DNA from: Elusimicrobiales bacterium
GTDB lineage: Bacteria > Elusimicrobiota > Elusimicrobia > Elusimicrobiales > UBA9959
Direction of reading: 5' to 3'
Length of the DNA: 64,000 bases
NCBI GenBank assembly: GCA_041665305.1
Contig: JBAYJD010000009.1
Location: 665 to 64,664, forward strand
Below are positions 57,975 to 64,000 of this stretch, piece by piece. The first letter of the stretch is position 1. Every line of letters starts with the position of its first letter. The notes under the pieces are model-generated. The model did no database searches and was not told the DNA's origin. It worked only from the letters and a program-made list of their open reading frames with translations. Both the position numbers and the translations under genes were made by a program.

Positions 57975-59428
57975 GCCGCAACAGCGCCAGGCTGGAGATC
58001 CCCGCGCGGGAAGAGTTCCTCGCCCCGGCCGCGGATTTCCTTTTGTCTTTTGCGGAGCACCGCGGCTGCGTGGAGCTTGAGCGGCTTAATGCGGCTGCGA
58101 CCGCGGCGATCTCCATAGCCGTAGAGAACAGCGCGCGCGGACATTCCGATACGGCCGTGGCGATCGAGGTCTTTGAGACGGGCGGAAAACTGTGCGTTGA
58201 GATCTGCAACCGGGGGCTGCCGGTGCTTCTTGACGGTCCGAGTTCGGTAAACGCCGCTTATTTTGAAAAATTCCAGGCGGTGCGGCGGCACGCGGATTAT
58301 GCCGCTGCGGAGAACAGGGGCCGGGAGGGGCAGGTCATCGTTTTTGAATTTTCGCTCGCCGCCGCCGGATCCGCGCAGCCGGAGACCCTGTTCCGCGAGA
58401 TCCCTGAGGACGAGGTCTGCACTATAAGACGGCTTTGCCCAGGCGAAGAGACGGCTTTGAGCCGGTTGTTCTATCTTGTTTACGGTTATGATTACATAAA
58501 CGAGGTCGTCTATTACCCGGACAAGCTCAAAGCCATGCTTTTATCGGGAGACCTGGTCTCGATAGTGGCGGCGAGGCCCAACGGAAGGCTTGTGGGGCAT
58601 GTGGGGCTGCTGCGCCGCGGCAGAACGCCGCCCGTTTACGAAGCGGCTATGGGAGTTAACGACCCCGCCGTAAAATCCCGCGGATTGTTCGGGAAGGTGT
58701 TCCAAAAGGCCATCGAGACGGCTCATTCCATGGAAATGAGGTACTGCCTGTTCGATTTTGTCACCAATCACGACCGCAGCCAGCGGCATATCGCGAAGTA
58801 CGGGACCTGCGACATGGCCGTCTATGTCGGCTGCCAGTCGCGCGAAACCCAGGCAAGGCTGGACAAACTGGGCATGGGCGCCGATCCCGAGGGAATGGAC
58901 CGCTACAGCCTGCTCGTCTCGATCATTCCCATGTCGCCGCGGCCTTTCGGCGGGATCGTCAGCCTGCCGGAATCCATAGGCGGCAACTACGGGTTCCTGC
59001 TCAAGCCTCTGGGGCTTGAGTGGACGCCCGCCTCCCGTTTCGAGGCGCTGCCCGGCGACGGGGTTTTCAGCGCCAAATTCCAGGAGGAGCAGTCCTCCGT
59101 GGTTTTCGATATGAGCAAGCCGGGCCGCGGAGCTTTGACCGGAGTGCTGCGGGATTGGCGCGCTCTTCTGCGCGACGGTTACCAATACGCGGCGGTCGAT
59201 GTTCCGGCGGACGCCTCCGGCCTGGGGGAATTGCGCGAAGCCCTTTCGGAGAACGGTTTTTTCGGCGCGGGCTTCGTTCCCTACCGGATGTCCGACAAAC
59301 TGGGTTTCCGGTTCCAGGCGGTCGGTCCCGTTAAAGTCGCCTTTGACAAGATCCGCATAGCCGGGGAGTCCGGCAGGAGGCTGCTGGCCCTGGTGCGCGA
59401 AGAGCACGATGCCGTCCAGAAAATATGA
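57971..59428 (+). CDS. Fusion of degenerate RsbW-like HATPase domain and GNAT-like domain(s)
   Basis: LEIPAREEFL N-terminus; IRRL, LVGHVGL, VKSRGLFGKV, NHDRSQR. Confidence 0.65.
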   Translation: MSRNSARLEIPAREEFLAPAADFLLSFAEHRGCVELERLNAAATAAISIAVENSARGHSDTAVAIEVFETGGKLCVEICNRGLPVLLDGPSSVNAAYFEKFQAVRRHADYAAAENRGREGQVIVFEFSLAAAGSAQPETLFREIPEDEVCTIRRLCPGEETALSRLFYLVYGYDYINEVVYYPDKLKAMLLSGDLVSIVAARPNGRLVGHVGLLRRGRTPPVYEAAMGVNDPAVKSRGLFGKVFQKAIETAHSMEMRYCLFDFVTNHDRSQRHIAKYGTCDMAVYVGCQSRETQARLDKLGMGADPEGMDRYSLLVSIIPMSPRPFGGIVSLPESIGGNYGFLLKPLGLEWTPASRFEALPGDGVFSAKFQEEQSSVVFDMSKPGRGALTGVLRDWRALLRDGYQYAAVDVPADASGLGELREALSENGFFGAGFVPYRMSDKLGFRFQAVGPVKVAFDKIRIAGESGRRLLALVREEHDAVQKI

Positions 59429-60546
59429 GCGAACTATTTCCGAACAGCGAAGCCGTTTCGCGCGTCCGCGACCCTCATATCTGGTCGCCTGAAAAAGAGC
59501 GGCTTTTTGTCCTGGCCTGCCGCGAACTCGCCGTGTTTCACGCCGCGCATTCTCCGGAGACCGCCGCCATCTACCGGCGGCGCGGCTTCGATCCCGGGTC
59601 CATCCGTTCCATGGACGATGTGGCGCGCCTCCCCATGATAGGCGTGGCGGCGATGAAGAGGTATCTCCTTACCAGCCTGCCGCACGAGCGGGCCGCGCTC
59701 AAGCTCACCTCTTCCGGCACGCGCGGGCAGAAAACCCGGATCTGGCTCGACGAAGCCGGCCTGGCCCGGGTGCAGGCCATGCTGGCCGCGCAGTGGGAAC
59801 AGGAGGGGCTGGTTTCCGGCAAGCCCGCCAACTATATAACCTTCTCGTACGATCCGGCGGACGCCAACGATCTGGGCATAGCTTTTACCAGCAGGAATCA
59901 GCAGCGTTTCGCGCCGGCGGCCGGGAATTTCTACGCCCTGAGGAAGGACCCCTCCGGCGAATGGCGGTTCCTGAGGGAGGAGGCGCGGCGCACGCTTGAG
60001 GAATACGCGGCGCAGGGGCTGCCTGTGCGTATTTTCGGGATCCCCAGCTTTATCCACGACTTCCTGGAGCGCGCGGAGAAACCCCTGCGCCTGCCGCCCG
60101 GCAGCTGGATGCTGACCGGCGGCGGCTGGAAAGCCGCCGAGGATAAAAAAGTATCGCGCGATTTTTTCCGCCGCAGGGCGGCTGAGGCGTTCGGCCTTGA
60201 GCTTGAAAATATCCGCGACGGCTACGGCATGGCCGAGCATTGCGCCCCGTACCTTGAATGCCGCCGCCACCGGTTCCATGTTCCGGCCTTCGCGCGCGTT
60301 CTCGCCCGCGCGCCCGCGGACCTTTCGGTTCTGCCTCCTGGCCGGGCGGGTTTGCTGGAGCTTATAAGCCCCTACAACGCCATGATGCCCAACCTCGCGA
60401 TCCTGTCCACGGACAACGGGTTCATCGACCCGGAGCCGTGCCCCTGCGGTTACAATTCTCCGACCTTTACGCTTCTCGGGCGAGCCGGTCTGGTGAAACA
60501 CAAAGGCTGCGCCATAGCCGCGGCGGAAATACTCAAGAGGACATGA
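59425..60546 (+). CDS. LuxE-family acyl-protein synthetase
   Basis: LTSSGTRG, LTGGGWK, IRDGYGMAEH, ILSTD, LGRAG...KGC with C-terminal Cys. Confidence 0.88.
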   Translation: MSELFPNSEAVSRVRDPHIWSPEKERLFVLACRELAVFHAAHSPETAAIYRRRGFDPGSIRSMDDVARLPMIGVAAMKRYLLTSLPHERAALKLTSSGTRGQKTRIWLDEAGLARVQAMLAAQWEQEGLVSGKPANYITFSYDPADANDLGIAFTSRNQQRFAPAAGNFYALRKDPSGEWRFLREEARRTLEEYAAQGLPVRIFGIPSFIHDFLERAEKPLRLPPGSWMLTGGGWKAAEDKKVSRDFFRRRAAEAFGLELENIRDGYGMAEHCAPYLECRRHRFHVPAFARVLARAPADLSVLPPGRAGLLELISPYNAMMPNLAILSTDNGFIDPEPCPCGYNSPTFTLLGRAGLVKHKGCAIAAAEILKRT

Positions 60547-60547
60547 T

Positions 60548-63124
60548 ATGGGAGAACAATACCTGTTTGGAGAATGGCGTTCCGGCGGTCCCCCGTTAAG
60601 CGCCGCCGACGCCGCCCGGCTGTGCGGAGAAGCGGAGCGCCTGCGCCGTCCGGTCGCGGATTATCCGCTGGACAAGGCGCTGCGCCTGCTGGGGCGTACG
60701 GGGGCGCGCTGGCGGGACGCGGACTACGGACCCCGTAAAAAAATGCAGGCGGAACTGCCGGCGGTCACGGGGTTTTCTCCGGAAATGGTGCGCCTGGGTC
60801 TCGACGAGGTCTGCCGCGTGTTCGATCCGGAGCTCCTTGAGCGCAAGCGTTCGGCCGAGCTGCCGGAAGCCGCGGGACTGGCCTGGGAACCGGCGGGTGT
60901 CGCGCTCCATGTGCTGGCGGGGAATGTTTTTATCGGCGCGGCGGGATCGCTGGCGGCGGGAGTTCTCACGCGCAATGTGAACATCCTTAAAATGCCGTCT
61001 TCTGAAAATATTTTCCTGCCCGAGCTTGTTCGCTCCCTTTGCGAGTGCGACGAAGAAGGATTCCTTTCCCGTTCCATCGCCGTGGTCGAATACGGTTCGT
61101 CCCAGGCCGATGTGATAGCCGAATTCAAGCGAAGGGCTGACTTGGTGGTGGTCTGGGGCGGAGAGGGCGCCGTCCGCTCCTACCGCGACGGTTTGCCTGC
61201 GCGCACCAGGCTTATAGTGTTCGGTCCCAAGATCAGCATGGCGGTCGTGACGCGCAAAGGCCTGGAGGCCGCCTCGCCGGAGGCGACCGCGCTGAAGCTC
61301 GCGCGCGAAATGTCGATCTGGGACCAGAACGCCTGTACCGCCCCCCAGGTCTGTTATGTCGAGGGCGCTGCGTCGGCCCGCGCCCTGGCCGAGGCCCTGC
61401 CGAGGGCTCTGGACGCCGCCGCCCTGGAGCTTCCCCCTGGGGATCTCGATGACGCCTCCGCGGCGGAGATCCGCAAACTCCGCGGAATTTTCGAGGTGGC
61501 CGAGGCGCGGGGCGAAGGGCTGTTGCGCGAATCCCCGAAAGGCCTCGACTGGTCGGTCTTCCTGGACCACGACCAGACCTTGGAACCTTCCCCGCTCCAC
61601 CGCACCCTGCGCGTGATCCCTTATGAAAAGATAGACGAGCCGCTGGCTGCGGCCGGAGCGATGCGCGGTTATCTCCAGACGGTGGGCCTGGCCTGCACCC
61701 CGGAAGAAGGCGCGCAGCTGGGGCCGCTGTTTTGCGCGGCGGGCGCGGTGCGCGTGCTGGAGCTCGGCCGCATGTCCGGCGGCGAGATCGACGATCCGCA
61801 TGACGGCGCCTACGATCTTCCCCAGTTCATGAACAGGGTCATAATCCGCGCCGGCGGAAATTCACGCGCTCCGGGCCGTTACCGCGCGCTGATAGATTCA
61901 CGGCTGCGCAGGCTGCTCGATGCCGCCCGCCGTTCGCCGTTCTATGCCAGGCGGCTTGAAGGCCTGAAGATAGAGACGGTCGAAGACCTGCCCGCTATCC
62001 CGCGGCTGACCCGCGCGGAAATGGACTCCAATATGCCGCCCAAAGGCGAAGGGCTTTGTACCGGAGCCTGGACGGGGGGGTATGTTTCGCGCAGCGGCGG
62101 TTCCACGGGCGAACCGAAGTTCTCCGTATACGACCGCTTCGACTGGGAGCGCATGATAGCCCATGCCGTAGGCGTGCTGCGCGCCGCCGGCATCTCGGAA
62201 ACGGACAGACTGGGGAACCTGATGGTGGCGGGTGACCTTTACGGCAGCTTTGTTTCCTTCGACCACATAAACTACCGGCTTGGCGCCGCCAGCTTCGCCT
62301 TCGCCAACACCGCGCCTCCGGAAGCTTTTGTCGACGCATGCCGGAAATTCAAGATCAACGCCGTGGAGGGGATCACGCCGTTCATGCTGCCTTTCCTGCG
62401 CAAGGCGAAGGAACTGGACCCTTCGCTGACCCTGGAAAAGGTCGTTTATGCCGGCGGTTCCCTGACCGATTCCGAACGGGTCTGGCTTGAGAAGGAACTT
62501 AAAGCGCGGCGCATAGCCTCCATCATCGGCGCGAACGACGGCGGGCAGATCGGCTACCAATGCCGCGAACTCGGCGGCAATATGCATCATGCGACCGACG
62601 ATTTCAATTATCTTGAGGTCACGGACGCCCAGGGCCGCCCTGTGCCGGAGGGGACCGAGGGCCTGCTGCTTATCACCAGCCTGGAGAAGTACGCGTACCC
62701 GCTTATCCGCTACGCGATCGGCGACAAGGGCCGTTTTGTCCCCGGCCGCTGCGCGTGCGGCCGGCCGGACCGTCTTTTTGAATTTCTCGGCCGGGCCGAC
62801 GAGATCCTCCGCGTGGGACTGCTCTCCGCCGAGTATTCCGACTTTTCGCGCGCGCTCGCTCATCTGCCGGTCTCGGCTTTGCAGCTTGCGGCCCGGCGCG
62901 TCGAGGGCGGGGAATGCCTTATCGTCAGGGTCGAGACGGCGGAGCCGTCCGGGGAGCTTGAAGAGAGCGTGCGTCGGGCGCTGCTGGCTTCGCTGCCCAA
63001 GGTCGGTGCATCCCTTAAAAACGGTTCGCTTTTCAGGTTAAGCGTGGAATTCTCCGCTCCCGGCGGTCTCGCGCGCAATCCGCGCAGCGGCAAGGTAAGG
63101 TGCACGGTGGACGAACGGTCATGA
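60548..63124 (+). CDS. LuxC-type acyl-CoA reductase fused to C-terminal PaaK-like adenylation domain
   Basis: HVLAGNV, KMPSSE, VWGG, FGPKIS, DQNACTAPQ, PHDG; then SRSGGSTGEPK, PLIRYAIGD, GRADE, RNPRSGK. Confidence 0.88.
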   Translation: MGEQYLFGEWRSGGPPLSAADAARLCGEAERLRRPVADYPLDKALRLLGRTGARWRDADYGPRKKMQAELPAVTGFSPEMVRLGLDEVCRVFDPELLERKRSAELPEAAGLAWEPAGVALHVLAGNVFIGAAGSLAAGVLTRNVNILKMPSSENIFLPELVRSLCECDEEGFLSRSIAVVEYGSSQADVIAEFKRRADLVVVWGGEGAVRSYRDGLPARTRLIVFGPKISMAVVTRKGLEAASPEATALKLAREMSIWDQNACTAPQVCYVEGAASARALAEALPRALDAAALELPPGDLDDASAAEIRKLRGIFEVAEARGEGLLRESPKGLDWSVFLDHDQTLEPSPLHRTLRVIPYEKIDEPLAAAGAMRGYLQTVGLACTPEEGAQLGPLFCAAGAVRVLELGRMSGGEIDDPHDGAYDLPQFMNRVIIRAGGNSRAPGRYRALIDSRLRRLLDAARRSPFYARRLEGLKIETVEDLPAIPRLTRAEMDSNMPPKGEGLCTGAWTGGYVSRSGGSTGEPKFSVYDRFDWERMIAHAVGVLRAAGISETDRLGNLMVAGDLYGSFVSFDHINYRLGAASFAFANTAPPEAFVDACRKFKINAVEGITPFMLPFLRKAKELDPSLTLEKVVYAGGSLTDSERVWLEKELKARRIASIIGANDGGQIGYQCRELGGNMHHATDDFNYLEVTDAQGRPVPEGTEGLLLITSLEKYAYPLIRYAIGDKGRFVPGRCACGRPDRLFEFLGRADEILRVGLLSAEYSDFSRALAHLPVSALQLAARRVEGGECLIVRVETAEPSGELEESVRRALLASLPKVGASLKNGSLFRLSVEFSAPGGLARNPRSGKVRCTVDERS

Positions 63125-64000
63125 TGAAACGCCCTCTTATTTTACGGCACCGCGGCATGTTCCTGGTGTGGCTGGGCCAGGCCCTGAGCCAGATGGGCAC
63201 GCGCATGTACCAGATCGCGCTGATCTGGTGGCTGGCCGTCCACGCGGGGGCGGCGGGGGGCAGGGCCGCCGGCTTGTTCATGGTCGCCAGCGCTCTCCCG
63301 TCGCTGCTGCTGGTGAAAGCCATAGGCCGCATTATAGACCGCGGACCCGTAAGGCCGGTACTCGTGCGCTGCGATCTTCTTTCAGCGCTTGTCGTTTCCT
63401 GCGTGGCCGCGGCGCTGCGTTATGGCCTGCTCGGCATCGCCTCCGCCTGCTTCGCCGGCCTCGCGGTGGCCGCACTCGCGGCCTGTTTCGACCCGGCCCT
63501 GAACAAAGCCGTGGCGGAATTGGCCCCGCCGGACGAACTGCCGGAGGCGGTCGCCTGGCAAAGCTCGACGCAATCGCTGGCCAGTTTTGCCGGCGCCATG
63601 GCCGGCGCGGTCCTTATCGACCGCATAGGCCTGACCGGAGTGGCGGTCGTCAACGCCGCCAGCTTTCTCGTTTCCGCGGCCTGCAACGCCGTTCTGCCGC
63701 TGCGGGCGGCCGCCGCGGGCAAAACGCATGCCCCCGCGCGCGCGGGCTGGGCGATACTTTCCTGCGCGCCCGCGCTTAAGCGCGTCCTGATCGGTTTCGG
63801 ATTCGTCAATTTTTTTATGACCCCCATTCTTGTGACGCTGCCGCTCTATACCGCGCGCGTCCTGCACGCGCCGGCCTCCACGCTCGGCCGTCTTGAAGCC
63901 GCGCTGTGGCTCGGGCTGCTTTCCGGAACCCTGTCCGCCGGCCGCCGCCGCTCCGCCGCCGCCTTGCGCACCGGCGCCGTCTGCATGGCCGTAATAGGCT
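63121..64000 (+). CDS. MFS exporter (DHA3/EntS-like), partial at window end
   Basis: MMKRPLILRHRGMFLVWLGQALSQMGTRMYQIALIWW..., GRIIDR; ATGA overlap; frame open to the edge. Confidence 0.85.
   Translation, partial: MMKRPLILRHRGMFLVWLGQALSQMGTRMYQIALIWWLAVHAGAAGGRAAGLFMVASALPSLLLVKAIGRIIDRGPVRPVLVRCDLLSALVVSCVAAALRYGLLGIASACFAGLAVAALAACFDPALNKAVAELAPPDELPEAVAWQSSTQSLASFAGAMAGAVLIDRIGLTGVAVVNAASFLVSAACNAVLPLRAAAAGKTHAPARAGWAILSCAPALKRVLIGFGFVNFFMTPILVTLPLYTARVLHAPASTLGRLEAALWLGLLSGTLSAGRRRSAAALRTGAVCMAVIG

Noticed and set aside
59425..63124. Bioluminescence operon
   Set aside because: No luxA, luxB, luxD or luxG in the window; extra ligase, GNAT and MFS genes point to biosynthesis

Overview
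GC-rich bacterial chromosome segment, densely coding. Gene content and style suggest Elusimicrobiota (inference, not verified). It contains housekeeping genes (rplM-rpsI, dcd, rdgB, murC, rsmA, efp, smpB, prfC), a znuACB-like metal ABC transporter, a hypC-hypD-lysR-hypE-orf-hypF hydrogenase maturation locus, type IV pilus genes (PilB-like ATPase, pilin, prepilin peptidase), two-component systems, several secreted proteases and four tRNAs (Leu-CAG, Ser-UGA, Ser-GGA, Tyr-GUA). No CRISPR array, integrase or transposase was seen. Best leads: (1) a coupled luciferase-less Lux-like operon at 56.6-64 kb (PaaK-like ligase, degenerate RsbW-GNAT fusion, LuxE, LuxC-PaaK fusion, MFS exporter); (2) a conserved structured element directly upstream of three tRNA genes, plus a fourth copy bounding a ~250 bp structured insert; (3) a rod-shaped putative ncRNA at 18.4-18.6 kb whose mismatches are all G-U on the minus strand; (4) an EF-P with a non-canonical tip loop; (5) several dispersed palindromic repeat families, one composite copy pair bracketing a secreted protease gene.
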